A stretch of 64,000 bases of DNA from Gammaproteobacteria bacterium (GCA_023266215.1 JAHFRQ010000011.1:1735-65734), one strand, 5' to 3'; counted from the stretch's first letter, positions 19,018-29,304 are shown. A program made the numbers and translations. Notes: generated by a model from the sequence alone, not told the origin.

Positions 19018-19881
19018 ATGAATAAACAAAACATCGCACAATTAAAATTTGTATTTGATCAAATATTAAATATAGCAGAAGGTACGCAAATTGAATTCTG
19101 CTATGCGCGAGACCTAATGAAAGCGCTGGGATACGAACGCTGGGAAAATTTTATTATCGTTATTGACAAAGCAAAAAAAGCTTGTAAAAACAGCAAGGTA
19201 GAAGCAACTGACCATTTTCGTGATATCACGAAAATGGTCAAAATTGGATCAGCTGCTGAGCGAAAAATAAATGACATGATGCTCACTCGTTATGCCTGTT
19301 ATTTGATTGCCCAAAACGGCGATTCCAGTAAATCTGCAATTGCCTTCGCGCAAACCTACTTCGCCTTGCAAACCCGCAAACAAGAGTTACTTGAAGAACG
19401 CATGGCATTGCATGATCGCCTTGATGCACGCGAAAAACTTCGCAAATCAGAAACAGAGTTATCAAAAAATATTTATGAACGTGGCGTTGATGATGCAGGC
19501 TTTGCTCGCATTCGCTCTAAGGGTGACACTGCATTATTTGGCGGAAAAAATACACAAGATATGAAGCAAAAACTAAGTGTGCCAGGCAATCGTCCACTTG
19601 CTGATTTTTTACCCACCGTTACCATCGCTGCGAAAAATCTTGCGACTGAAATGACGAATTTTAATGTTGATCAAAATAATTTATTTGGTGAATGCTCAAT
19701 TACAGGTGAACACGTACAAAATAATTTAACAGTGCGCGATATGTTGGGAGAGCGCGGGATCAAACCGGAAGCATTGTCTGCAGCAGGGGATTTACAAAAA
19801 TTGAAACGAAGAGTGAGTGCCGCTGAAAAGAAATTAATAAAAACAGCGGCGTTACCGAATGCGGAAATGAAAAACGAATAA
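19018..19881 (+). CDS. dinD: DNA damage-inducible protein D (DinD)-like protein
   Basis: The N-terminal Bro-N-like region (ARDLMKALGYERWENF), LTRYACYLIAQNGD and AQTYFALQTRKQE match the DinD family. Starts 10 nt after the fadD stop. Confidence 0.7.
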   Translation: MNKQNIAQLKFVFDQILNIAEGTQIEFCYARDLMKALGYERWENFIIVIDKAKKACKNSKVEATDHFRDITKMVKIGSAAERKINDMMLTRYACYLIAQNGDSSKSAIAFAQTYFALQTRKQELLEERMALHDRLDAREKLRKSETELSKNIYERGVDDAGFARIRSKGDTALFGGKNTQDMKQKLSVPGNRPLADFLPTVTIAAKNLATEMTNFNVDQNNLFGECSITGEHVQNNLTVRDMLGERGIKPEALSAAGDLQKLKRRVSAAEKKLIKTAALPNAEMKNE

Positions 19882-19965
19882 CAATGGTTGAAAAGTCATG
19901 CCTGGTATGGCGCTTATAAATAACCCTTATTCTGTGACAAACTTTCGATCTTGAGGCCCCCTAAT

Positions 19966-19990
19966 GGTAATATTACCTGGTAATATTACA
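19966..19990. repeat. Tandem palindromes GGTAATATTACC-T-GGTAATATTACA
   Basis: A perfect 12-bp palindrome at 19966-19977 is repeated at 19979-19990 (11/12). Intergenic, between dinD and the mscK-like gene. Confidence 0.6.
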
Positions 19991-20116
19991 TCGCAAATGT
20001 AGAATACGAAGCGTAATTAACCGCTTGGATTTAAATTACTATAAAAATCAATCAGTTATAATTTTCACCTTAATATAGTTTTTTCTAGGGTGAAGTAGAG
20101 TGGCAAAGGAATGTAA

Positions 20117-22402
20117 ATGCAGAAACACATCCAGCAATGCTTAATTTTTCTAGTGGTAATATTATTCACAACTTTTGCTTTTGCGCAAACAGCACTGCAA
20201 GAGCAATCTGTATTTGACATTGAAAAGGCCAACGCGCAATTTAATATTATTTCAAGCAAGCTTTCTGAAAAAAGAGATTTAACTGCACTAACGACAAATA
20301 TTAAAAAATTAGAATCACTACAAAGCATCGCTAATACCTGTGTCAATAACGCGCAGACGCATTTAAAAATTATTGATGAATTATTAAAAGCAACTCAGAT
20401 TAGTAATTTAACAGCGCAGGAGCAAGCCGATTATCAATACTTGCAAGATAAAAAACTCATGTATGCCAAGCAATTATCAGAGTGTCGACTATTTATTTAT
20501 CGCTCGCAAGAATCACTGATTACTTATAAAGATCAGGTGCAGCAATTAAGCACGGTGGAAATTTTAAGTCGCAGCACGCCTATTTGGAATATTCATGAAA
20601 ATCATTTTTTGCAAATGGCGCAAAATACGGATTTGAGAAAAATAGCCAATGAAAGTGGCATGCTGATTATATCGACCGATGAATGGATGATGGGAATAGT
20701 GGTGTTGTTACTGAGTTTATCGCTCGCCATTTATTGTCGATATTTATGTCGTCGATGGCTATCGCAGCAGCATTTAACGCATCCCGCGATGCACGCATTG
20801 ATTGCTGTTTTTTCGATGATTGTCGCGCCACTTTTTATATTTTCCATATTAAGCTTATTTTTTAATGGTATTTACTATAACGTACTACCTGTTCCAACAG
20901 TTGAATTAATTAGCCATGCATTATTATTATTTACGGTATGCTTTTTCTTATCGCGTTATTTTTTCTATTTGCCTTATATTATGAATCAAGTTGCAGAATC
21001 TGAAGCACATCTCGGGAAAAATTTGAATAATCGTTTTATAATATTACTGAGTTGGTTATTAATCGGCTATCTTGCAGTCATTATTTTTGCATCTCAAGAT
21101 TTTTCTCACCCATTGATTGAATTTGCAAGAACGCTGTTTATTACTGTTTTAGGCGGATTAATTGTTTGGTTTGGAATGACACTGTGTCGCATCCCGTTTT
21201 TGGAAAAGCTGCATCATGTCGCGATGGTTTTTATTAAAATATTTTTGTGGTTGTTATTGATCGCAGTGGTCGTCATTGAATGGCTTGGATATCACCGCTT
21301 GGCGGGGCACTTAATGACAGGTGTTTTGATGACTGTTATTAGTATCGCAGCAGCAATGATGTGTTGGCGCTTTGTAGATATATTTTACCAGTGGCTGGAT
21401 AATAAATCGTATTCGCTTGCGCGCAAAACACATCGTTTTTTTGGTCTAAAACTCAGTCGAAAATCAAATGAAATTTGGCTGCTAAAAATATTGGCTAATA
21501 TTGTTATATTATGTTTTTTTGCAATGGCGCTGATGAAAAGCTGGGCGGTTTCACAGAATTTTATTGATACCATTCAAAATGGATTATTAAATGGCTTTAA
21601 TCTTGCGGGTCTTCCAATTGATCCGCTGCAAATTGGATTAGCGCTATTGTCATTTGCGGTGATTATGTTGTGTGGCAGGGCGCTGGCAACACATATTGCG
21701 AAAAAGCGAAGATTCACGGAAGGTGAAGATACCCAAATCGCGATTTCAACCATCATTGTTTACGTGACTTTTGCAATTGCATTATTAATTGCATTAGTTG
21801 TCACAGGAATTAATTTTACGAGCTTAACGATTATTGCCGGCGCATTGTCAGTCGGTGTTGGTTTAGGACTGCAAAGTATTGTGAATAATTTTGTTTCAGG
21901 GTTAATTTTATTAATTGAAAAACCCATTAAACCAGGCGATCGCATTGTCATCGGAACGACCGAAGGATTTGTGAAAAAAATTCGTATTCGGTCAACGCAA
22001 ATTTCAACGACATCAAAAGAAGATGTGATTGTCCCCAACGCCGATTTAATTACGCATCAAGTAACAAACTATATGTTTCGAGATCATTTTTCACGTGTGA
22101 CCTGTAAAATTGGTGTTGCTTATGGTAGCGACACAACACTAGTTAAAAATATCTTACTCGAAATTGCAACTAAAAATCCTGAGGTAGTGCAAGAAGAACC
22201 CAATGCGCCTTTGGTTTTGTTTAGAAAATTTGATGAAAGCAGTTTAGCATTTGAATTATGGTGCGTAATTCATGATGTGAATAAAAAATATAATGTCGTG
22301 AGTGACCTAAATTTTGCCATCGACGCTGCTTTTCGCGAAAACAACATTTCAATTGCCTTTCCGCAACAGGATGTGCGGATTATTGATTATCGCAAACCGT
22401 AA
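20117..22402 (+). CDS. Large mechanosensitive channel, MscK/KefA family
   Basis: Signal peptide, long coiled-coil periplasmic region, about 11 TM segments, and a C-terminal MscS core (LIEKPIKPGDRIVIG...GFVKKIRIRSTQI). Confidence 0.8.
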   Translation: MQKHIQQCLIFLVVILFTTFAFAQTALQEQSVFDIEKANAQFNIISSKLSEKRDLTALTTNIKKLESLQSIANTCVNNAQTHLKIIDELLKATQISNLTAQEQADYQYLQDKKLMYAKQLSECRLFIYRSQESLITYKDQVQQLSTVEILSRSTPIWNIHENHFLQMAQNTDLRKIANESGMLIISTDEWMMGIVVLLLSLSLAIYCRYLCRRWLSQQHLTHPAMHALIAVFSMIVAPLFIFSILSLFFNGIYYNVLPVPTVELISHALLLFTVCFFLSRYFFYLPYIMNQVAESEAHLGKNLNNRFIILLSWLLIGYLAVIIFASQDFSHPLIEFARTLFITVLGGLIVWFGMTLCRIPFLEKLHHVAMVFIKIFLWLLLIAVVVIEWLGYHRLAGHLMTGVLMTVISIAAAMMCWRFVDIFYQWLDNKSYSLARKTHRFFGLKLSRKSNEIWLLKILANIVILCFFAMALMKSWAVSQNFIDTIQNGLLNGFNLAGLPIDPLQIGLALLSFAVIMLCGRALATHIAKKRRFTEGEDTQIAISTIIVYVTFAIALLIALVVTGINFTSLTIIAGALSVGVGLGLQSIVNNFVSGLILLIEKPIKPGDRIVIGTTEGFVKKIRIRSTQISTTSKEDVIVPNADLITHQVTNYMFRDHFSRVTCKIGVAYGSDTTLVKNILLEIATKNPEVVQEEPNAPLVLFRKFDESSLAFELWCVIHDVNKKYNVVSDLNFAIDAAFRENNISIAFPQQDVRIIDYRKP

Positions 22403-22420
22403 TTTTCATTTTCTATTTTT

Positions 22421-23077
22421 TTACCTTAACTCAATAGCTGACCGGTTATCAGTTCTATTTGAATAAGACAGAGCATAGTTAAACGGTGGTTTGGCGCAAA
22501 AATCGCCTAGGCCTTGAGCGGTTATTTTTCCGTAATGACGAAAAAAAGAGAAAAAGAGTTTTTTGTGCGAAGTTTCGAGCTCTTCAAATAAATTTCTTGT
22601 TTCTGTCTTTAGCAATATAGGGTCGATTTCATTTAAATATTTTAGTGTTTTGGCAGATGCGCCTTTAGGCCTTGTAATTGCTCTTTCGTATAATTTCTTA
22701 ATAATAGAATGAAAATCTCTTGATACAGGAATCGTACGCGAAGAGCAAAATATATTTTGCGCTCGTGCTGCTGAACCACCCAGTTCAATATATTGAATAG
22801 CAAGAAAGTTAATTAAGAATCTATCATCAATAAACTCTTTTATTGATAATACAGACTGCGATTGTTCTAATGCCTTATCTAATTCCATTTTTTTGAAATA
22901 ATAATAGGTCTTTGATGATGCGCCTCTTCCGCGCAGCAGCGCGTTAAATCTTAATGTTTCAAATACTTCTCTTAGTGTTAGTGTTTCTGAATTCCGAAAT
23001 ATTTCTCTTTCTCGTGCGAGACTACCTTTGTTTTCTATGTATTTTGCTCGCACTGTTTCAATCGTTATTGTAGGCAT
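22421..23077 (-). CDS. Hypothetical protein (218 aa)
   Basis: Long ORF with an internal repeated motif (RGRGASSKTYYYF / RPKGASAKTLKYL). No family recognised. Confidence 0.45.
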   Translation of the reverse strand: MPTITIETVRAKYIENKGSLAREREIFRNSETLTLREVFETLRFNALLRGRGASSKTYYYFKKMELDKALEQSQSVLSIKEFIDDRFLINFLAIQYIELGGSAARAQNIFCSSRTIPVSRDFHSIIKKLYERAITRPKGASAKTLKYLNEIDPILLKTETRNLFEELETSHKKLFFSFFRHYGKITAQGLGDFCAKPPFNYALSYSNRTDNRSAIELR

Positions 23078-23112
23078 TTTGCATCCCTGATTTTGTAAAT
23101 CATAAAATGCAG

Positions 23113-23140
23113 ATCATAGCGCGATATTGACCGCTGTCAA
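23113..23140 (-). promoter_or_regulatory. Sigma70-like promoter TTGACA-N16-TATGAT for the 22421-23077 gene
   Basis: On the minus strand: TTGACA (23140-23135), a 16-nt spacer, TATGAT (23118-23113). The -10 lies about 35 nt upstream of ATG 23077. Confidence 0.4.
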
Positions 23141-23203
23141 GAAATGCTCTGTAAGGGCTTGATTTTTTCTCAGCATATGGTCTGGTTCACACAACGGGCG
23201 CGC

Positions 23204-23656
23204 CTACGGAAGAGGGGACTTTAAGTACGTCACACTCGGATCGATTAACACTCTGTTTGATAGCGCTTCACGGCCTAAGATCATGCGATATTGCAGTGGA
23301 TCGCGATTAGACAAGGTGACTTCGATAGGCCAGGATTGATCGCCCATATTCAGCGTGGTTAAAATCACATAGCGATTTTCTTTGTGACCGCTTGAGCTCA
23401 TTACTTTTCGAGTATCGATTAATGGCGCATGACAATGAATAAGTTTGGTTTGATTGCGTTGGAATGGATGCACATCAAAATATATATATTGCTTATTTAA
23501 TTTTTTAACAACGCGCATATTAAAAGCATGAATAGCAGAAGTTTTGGCGCCCGTGTCTATTTTTGCTTTTATTTTTTTAATTTTTAAATCAGGTAGTCCG
23601 CACCATTCTGATCGGCCAATCAGTAATTTATTCTTAAGCGATATTTTTCTTCGCAT
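23204..23656 (-). CDS. RimB-like protein: COG4067/DUF785, usually annotated ATP-dependent zinc protease, with a retropepsin-like aspartic protease fold
   Basis: GRSEWCGLPDLKIKKIKAKIDTGAKTSAIHAF carries the DTGA motif. Located directly downstream of rimK, as in other bacteria. Start placed at ATG 23656, 4 nt after the rimK stop. Confidence 0.7.
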   Translation of the reverse strand: MRRKISLKNKLLIGRSEWCGLPDLKIKKIKAKIDTGAKTSAIHAFNMRVVKKLNKQYIYFDVHPFQRNQTKLIHCHAPLIDTRKVMSSSGHKENRYVILTTLNMGDQSWPIEVTLSNRDPLQYRMILGREALSNRVLIDPSVTYLKSPLP

Positions 23657-23660
23657 GTTA

Positions 23661-24569
23661 TCATCCTTGATAGCGACTTCTCGATGTGATTGGTTTAGCA
23701 TGCTTTTCAATGTGCTGAATAATTAAACTCGCGATATCTTTTTTGGTTGTTTTTTCAATCCCTTCTAAACCGGGCGATGAATTAATTTCTAATACCAGCG
23801 GGCCATGCTTCGAGCGTAATAAGTCAACACCCGCCATTCGCAAACCCATTATTTTAGAAGCTTTAATTGCCATTTCTCGCTCAGCCTTGGTGATGCGTAC
23901 GGTTTCAGCTGTGCCACCACGATGAATATTCGCGCGGAATTCGCCTAATTCCGCCGTGCGTTTCATGGCTGCCACGACTTTTCCACCCACTACAAAACAA
24001 CGAATATCACTGCCTTTACTTTCCGCGATAAATTCTTGAATAATAATATTGGCATTTAATCCCATAAAAGTTTGAATTAAACTTTCAGCTGATTTTTTCG
24101 TTTCAGCTAAAACTACACCCACGCCTTGTGTACCTTCAATTAATTTTATAATTAAAGGCGTGCCACCGACCATTTGAATTAGATCATTAATATCAGTTGG
24201 CGCGTATGCAAATCCCGTAATAGGCATGTGAACGCCTTTCATCGACAATAATTGCTGCGCGCGTAATTTATCGCGCGAGCGCGTAATGCCAATGGATGGA
24301 TTAATGGTGTAAGTTCCCATCGTTTCAAATTGGCGCACAACCGCTGTGCCGTAAAAAGTTTTTTGAGCGCCGATTCTGGGAATAATCGCATCAAACGGAC
24401 CGATTTGTTTTCCTTGATAGTGAATTGAAGAAGGTTTTTTCGAGGTAATATTCATATAGCAGCGCGAGTAATCGATCACTTCAACGCTATGCCCGCGTTT
24501 TTCTGCTGCTTCAACTAAGCGACGTGTCGAATATAAGTCTTTATTTCTCGATAAAATAGCAATTTTCAA
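23661..24569 (-). CDS. rimK: Ribosomal protein S6--L-glutamate ligase (ATP-grasp)
   Basis: MKIAILSRN...[14 protein letters not shown] and [13 protein letters not shown] are typical RimK features. 302 aa. Confidence 0.9.
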   Translation of the reverse strand: MKIAILSRNKDLYSTRRLVEAAEKRGHSVEVIDYSRCYMNITSKKPSSIHYQGKQIGPFDAIIPRIGAQKTFYGTAVVRQFETMGTYTINPSIGITRSRDKLRAQQLLSMKGVHMPITGFAYAPTDINDLIQMVGGTPLIIKLIEGTQGVGVVLAETKKSAESLIQTFMGLNANIIIQEFIAESKGSDIRCFVVGGKVVAAMKRTAELGEFRANIHRGGTAETVRITKAEREMAIKASKIMGLRMAGVDLLRSKHGPLVLEINSSPGLEGIEKTTKKDIASLIIQHIEKHAKPITSRSRYQG

Positions 24570-25270
24570 CCTAACCTCTTTCTGCGATACGCATTTAAAC
24601 CTTCAACAAAGAATGAGAAGAATATCGCAGAATAAATATAACTACGAGGAATATAAAATCCGAGACCGTCTGCAATTAAAACAACGCCGATTAATAACAG
24701 AAAAGAAAGCGCAAGCATTTTAATCGTTGGGTGCTTCTGAATAAATTTGCTGAGCGGGTTGCTTGCAATAATCATTAAGATAACTGCGATAGTGATTGCA
24801 ATCATCATAATCCAAATATGCGATGTCAGTCCTACGGCTGTTAAAATGCTATCGAGTGAAAAAATTAAATCGAAAATAATAATTTGAACAATCGTCCAAA
24901 AGAAAAACCCCGCCACTTTTCGAACGTGTTTTGTACCTTCTTTTGGCGGTTCCATTTCATTGTGAATTTCCCAAGTGCCTTTAATCAATAAAAAAAGACC
25001 GCCTAGAAACATAAAAATATCGCGGCCCGAATACTCGTGTGATAGAAAACTAAAAAGCGGCTGCTTTAGTTGAACGATCCACATAATCATCATTAACAGT
25101 AAATATCGCGCCAGTAGTGCAAGCGCCAAACCAAGACGCCTTGCAAGCTGTTGCTGTGAAACAGGGAGGCGATTGCTGACGATAGCGATAAAGACAAGGT
25201 TGTCGATCCCGAGGATGATCTCTAAAATCGTTAAAGTTGCCAAATCCATCAAAAAAGTGCTGTAATCCAT
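24566..25270 (-). CDS. TerC family integral membrane protein
   Basis: Has the [12 protein letters not shown] motif and a second DSILT half-repeat. Start placed at ATG 25270 ([10 protein letters not shown]). Confidence 0.75.
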   Translation of the reverse strand: MDYSTFLMDLATLTILEIILGIDNLVFIAIVSNRLPVSQQQLARRLGLALALLARYLLLMMIMWIVQLKQPLFSFLSHEYSGRDIFMFLGGLFLLIKGTWEIHNEMEPPKEGTKHVRKVAGFFFWTIVQIIIFDLIFSLDSILTAVGLTSHIWIMMIAITIAVILMIIASNPLSKFIQKHPTIKMLALSFLLLIGVVLIADGLGFYIPRSYIYSAIFFSFFVEGLNAYRRKRLG

Positions 25271-25325
25271 GTTGGTTCCCCGTGTATGATGCCTTAGTTT
25301 AAGTGACCATGGACGCAACTGCAAT

Positions 25326-25700
25326 ATGATAAAAACATTATTACAGCATGAAACCGTTAAGTTTATTTTAGTCGGGGTAATTAATACCGTATTTGGCTAT
25401 ATCGTGTTTGCAAGCTTAATTGCATTGGGCCTGCATTATACGCTGGCTATATTTTTAGGGACCTGCCTGGGGATCATTTTTAATTTTCATACGTTTGGGC
25501 GTCTTGTTTTTAACAATCAGAAATATAATTTGCTCTATAAGTTTATTATTACTTATGGAGTTATCTATATTGTTAATATTTCAGTCGTTAAATGGCTGCT
25601 GTCGCTCGGGTTGAATATCTATCTTGCCGGCTTTCTTTCTACTATTTTGATGGCCGCGCTCTCTTACACGCTCAATAAGCTTTGGGTGTTCAAAAAATAG
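25326..25700 (+). CDS. GtrA family membrane protein
   Basis: 124 aa, 4 TM segments. N-terminal KFILVGVINTVFGY and C-terminal LNKLWVFKK are GtrA hallmarks. Confidence 0.7.
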   Translation: MIKTLLQHETVKFILVGVINTVFGYIVFASLIALGLHYTLAIFLGTCLGIIFNFHTFGRLVFNNQKYNLLYKFIITYGVIYIVNISVVKWLLSLGLNIYLAGFLSTILMAALSYTLNKLWVFKK

Positions 25701-25774
25701 GGCAAAAGACGTGTTCTGCTTGATTTTTAAGACCCACATACGGTATAAAGTGTTTTATCCAACGCAAGGGGAAA

Positions 25775-25840
25775 ATGATGCCAAGAGGAAGAGGTCCACA
25801 CGGTCCTAAAAAGCTCCGCAAGAAAAACCGCAAGAAATAA
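25775..25840 (+). CDS. Candidate 21-aa highly basic peptide
   Basis: Not in the track. ATG 25775 is preceded by AAGGGGA. The peptide is MMPRGRGPHGPKKLRKKNRKK (11 of 21 residues K/R), and its stop lies 4 nt before the GNAT start. Confidence 0.25.
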   Translation: MMPRGRGPHGPKKLRKKNRKK

Positions 25841-25844
25841 CTGA

Positions 25845-26441
25845 ATGTCTGAGATACGAATCCGGCCAGCAGCCAAAACCGATGCGAAAATGATCGCAGA
25901 GCTGAGTTTGGTTGCTGGCGGTGGCGTTGTTGAATATTTATTAACAGGATTAATGCCTGGATTTTCTGTGCAACAAATGATGCAATTTAGATTTGGCGGC
26001 GACGAACTGCCATTTTCTTATTTGTGCTGCAGTGTTGCAGAGATCGATGGCGAAATCGCCGGAATCTCAAACGCTTATTCTAGCGACTATAATAAAATCC
26101 CCAGCTCTTCTGAAAAAGATTTTATTCCAACCGATAGAATTAATTATTTGCTAAAGCCGCTTTATAAAAATATCATTCCAAATAGTTATTACTTAAATTC
26201 AATTGCTATATTTGAAAAATTTCGCGGTAAAAAAATTGGTTCGGCATTATTAAATCATGTTGCAAACGAGGCAAAACAAAAAAATTTTAATAGCGTAATA
26301 TTGCATGCTTGGACTGATAATACAAAAGCAATTAAATTATACGAGCGCGAAGGATATAAAATCATTGAGCATATTGATATTCAACGACAACCCTTGTTGC
26401 CGCATGATGGCGGAATGGAGTTGATGCAGCTTTTTCTTTAA
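25845..26441 (+). CDS. GNAT family N-acetyltransferase
   Basis: Acetyl-CoA motif IAIFEKFRGKKIGSALL...AKQKNFNSVILHAW..N.KAIKLYEREGY. Confidence 0.75.
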   Translation: MSEIRIRPAAKTDAKMIAELSLVAGGGVVEYLLTGLMPGFSVQQMMQFRFGGDELPFSYLCCSVAEIDGEIAGISNAYSSDYNKIPSSSEKDFIPTDRINYLLKPLYKNIIPNSYYLNSIAIFEKFRGKKIGSALLNHVANEAKQKNFNSVILHAWTDNTKAIKLYEREGYKIIEHIDIQRQPLLPHDGGMELMQLFL

Positions 26442-26523
26442 AAAATTCCAAAAACACGGTATTGCAATTTTTCTGCGACATGATATTTTCACCAGCTAGG
26501 TTTTTTAATTAAAGAGAATCCTC

Positions 26524-27546
26524 ATGGTGAAAAAAATAAAAAATAAAGCATATGTTGAGCTTCTTGGAACCATTAAAGCCAGAATTGCAGATGCGCAATA
26601 TGAAGCTCTCAAGACTGTAAACAAAGAGCTGATTGGATTGTACTGGGATATTGGGCGTGCGATTGCTCAACGTCAAAAAATTGAAAAGTGGGGAAAATCA
26701 ATAGTAGAGCAGCTTGCTAAGGATTTGCAGACCTCATTTCCAGGGATGCATGGCTTTTCTGCCAGAAATATCTGGTATATGAGAAATTTTTATCTTTGCT
26801 ACCATCAAAATGAAAAACTGCAGCCAATGGTTGCAGAAATTGGCTGGACACATAATGTTCTGATTATGGAAAAATGCAAGAATGATTTAGAGCGAGAATT
26901 TTATATTCGTATGACACGAAAAAATGGCTGGACAAAAACTGTTTTGATTCATCAAATCGATAATCAGTCTTATGAAAAAATGTTGCTTAATCAAACTAAT
27001 TTTGAAAAAACACTTTCCAAAAAAACTATTCAACAAGCAAAATTAGCTGTGAAAGATGAATATACATTTGATTTCTTGGAGTTAAGTGAAGAGCATAGCG
27101 AGCAAGAATTAGAAAAAGCAATTTTAACCAAAATGGAAAATTTTCTACGTGAGATGGGTGGCTTATTCACGTTTGTTGGCAGTCAGTACCGTCTAGAAAT
27201 TGACGGAAGAGAATTTTTTATCGACATTTTGTTATATCATCGTACCATGAAGTGTCTCGTTGCAATTGAACTCAAGATTGGAGAATTTCAACCAGAATAT
27301 GTTGGAAAAATGCAGTTCTATTTGCGCGCGCTAGATGAAACTGTGCGCTTAAAAGATGAAAATTTTTCGATTGGAATTATTCTCTGCAAAAGCAAAAGTA
27401 AAACAATAGTTGAGTACACGCTTCACGACTCAAAAAGACCGATTGGCGTTTCAGAATATCGGTTGTTTAATAAAATACCCAAGAAGATACAAAGACAATT
27501 GCCGAAACCGGAATTAATTGCAACGCTATTGGGTGAGATAAATTAA
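26524..27546 (+). CDS. YhcG-like PDDEXK nuclease (DUF1016)
   Basis: N-terminal YWDIGR...WGKSIVEQLAKDL plus a C-terminal D...ELK nuclease core (FIDILLYHRTMKCLVAIELKIGEF). Confidence 0.75.
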   Translation: MVKKIKNKAYVELLGTIKARIADAQYEALKTVNKELIGLYWDIGRAIAQRQKIEKWGKSIVEQLAKDLQTSFPGMHGFSARNIWYMRNFYLCYHQNEKLQPMVAEIGWTHNVLIMEKCKNDLEREFYIRMTRKNGWTKTVLIHQIDNQSYEKMLLNQTNFEKTLSKKTIQQAKLAVKDEYTFDFLELSEEHSEQELEKAILTKMENFLREMGGLFTFVGSQYRLEIDGREFFIDILLYHRTMKCLVAIELKIGEFQPEYVGKMQFYLRALDETVRLKDENFSIGIILCKSKSKTIVEYTLHDSKRPIGVSEYRLFNKIPKKIQRQLPKPELIATLLGEIN

Positions 27547-27575
27547 TAGCGGCCGCCTAGTATTTTTTATTTATT

Positions 27576-28604
27576 TTATTGCGTCTTAATCCCAATCGCA
27601 GCTAATCGTTTTTTAATATCAGGATGCGTTGAGAAATAATCACTCGCGGATTTATCGGTTTCAATGCCAGCTTGCACGGGATCAAAAATATACGCTTGAC
27701 GGCGAATAGATTCATGCGGTGTTGCAGCATAAGCTTGATTATAAGCCTCTTTGTTTTGCTCGTGATCGCTTTGAATTTTTAATAAAGCGCGAGAAAGTGG
27801 CTCGTTGGTTCGCATTAATTCAACACAACCACTATCTGCCATATATTCGCGTGTGCGGCTTAAATACAGCATTAATAAAACCGTAATTAAAGGCAATAAG
27901 TAACGCAGCGCAATGATAATAATAAATAGAGCGTTTTTATTATTACCGCCTTCACGATCACTATTTCCGCGACCTGAAAATAATGCATTCCAAAATAAAA
28001 TATCAACTAATATTAAAGTAATATTGCTTAAAACAGCGGCCATTAACGTTAATTTAATATCGCTGTGGCGTACATGACTTAGTTCATGCGCCATGACAGC
28101 AGTTAATTCATCGCGATCCAATTTATTTAACAAACCTTGAGTGATGGCGACCATCGCAGATTTCTCACTGTAACCGCTCGCAAATGCGTTCATATAATCC
28201 GCATCGATAATAAAAACTTTCGGCATATAATGTAAACCTGCCGCGATTTTCATTTCTTCAATGACGTTATATAACTGTGTTTCTTGAATATTTTTTGCAT
28301 TGATGGGCGTTATTTCGCGATATTCTGTGCCCATCAGCATTAATTTATCGTGAAAAGCAAAGGTGATAAAAATAGCAATGATTGCAACAATGCCCGCCAT
28401 CACTGTTGCGATAGGAAATATTTTTAAAGTAATAATAGCCGCTGCAATTTGCGATAAAGACGCCTGCGGATAATGACTCGTGTTAATATACAAATCCACA
28501 ATAAAACCAATACACAAATAAATAAAAATAAAAGACGCCAAAACAAAAATTGTTTTCTGTTGGTTTTTCTTTAAAGAATCGCGCCAATCTGTTGCGTGTG
28601 GCAT
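27576..28604 (-). CDS. M48 family zinc metallopeptidase (HtpX-like)
   Basis: HELSHV zinc motif and multiple TM helices. Directly downstream of lemA, a common LemA-M48 pair. Confidence 0.75.
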   Translation of the reverse strand: MPHATDWRDSLKKNQQKTIFVLASFIFIYLCIGFIVDLYINTSHYPQASLSQIAAAIITLKIFPIATVMAGIVAIIAIFITFAFHDKLMLMGTEYREITPINAKNIQETQLYNVIEEMKIAAGLHYMPKVFIIDADYMNAFASGYSEKSAMVAITQGLLNKLDRDELTAVMAHELSHVRHSDIKLTLMAAVLSNITLILVDILFWNALFSGRGNSDREGGNNKNALFIIIIALRYLLPLITVLLMLYLSRTREYMADSGCVELMRTNEPLSRALLKIQSDHEQNKEAYNQAYAATPHESIRRQAYIFDPVQAGIETDKSASDYFSTHPDIKKRLAAIGIKTQ

Positions 28605-28605
28605 G

Positions 28606-29184
28606 TTAGAATTTCACTGTATAATTTTCTTGTTGCTTGACTTGATCCGATGTTAACTGCCAATACGTAAAATCAATATTTAATTTAGCAGGAGAAACAT
28701 TCGCAACCATGGCTTGAAAGAAAGATTTTTTGTACGCATTATATTTTTCAATGCTGTCGTTATAAGCTTGTTTTGCGTACGCTAATTTATTTTCAGTGCT
28801 GACAATTTCTTCTTGTAATTGCAGCGCATTTTGATTCGCTTTTAAATCAGGGTATTGTTCAAATACGGCATTAATGCCACCTAAAATTCCTGAAATTTTA
28901 TTTTCAGCATCAATGCGACCTTGTGAATTACCAGCCGCTTTTGCCGATTCTGCTTGCGCGCGCAAACCCACCACGTCTTTTAAGGTGGTTTGTTCGTAAT
29001 TCATGTATTTGCTGACGGTGGCAACCAAAGATTCAAATACTTTGTATCTGCGATCTAATTGAATATCAATTTGCTTTTCGTTATTTCTAACGGCTTCAAC
29101 GTAAGCCACTAATTTGTTATAAATACTAACAAAAACGCTTACCAGCGCGATAGCGACGATGACAACAATAAGTGTGGTAGACAT
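28606..29184 (-). CDS. lemA: LemA family protein
   Basis: N-terminal TM helix, then YNKLV...IDIQLDRRY...YPDLKANQNALQLQEE, typical of LemA. Confidence 0.8.
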   Translation of the reverse strand: MSTTLIVVIVAIALVSVFVSIYNKLVAYVEAVRNNEKQIDIQLDRRYKVFESLVATVSKYMNYEQTTLKDVVGLRAQAESAKAAGNSQGRIDAENKISGILGGINAVFEQYPDLKANQNALQLQEEIVSTENKLAYAKQAYNDSIEKYNAYKKSFFQAMVANVSPAKLNIDFTYWQLTSDQVKQQENYTVKF

Positions 29185-29304
29185 AGCATAAACCCCGATT
29201 GTTTTGAATGAGTGAAAGAGCTTTAAAATACCACTAATACCGGGCCAAATGCAATTGGTAATTAGTCTGATTAGTCGGTGTCGATAAATATGTCAATTTG
29301 CCGC

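Noticed and set aside
27547-27562. GCGGCCGC-centred motif (TAGCGGCCGCCTAG) after the yhcG-like gene as a functional site
   Set aside because: It is a short, single occurrence in this context. A second GCGGCCGC at 43025-43032 is inside a coding region. The evidence does not go beyond a possible weak terminator stem.
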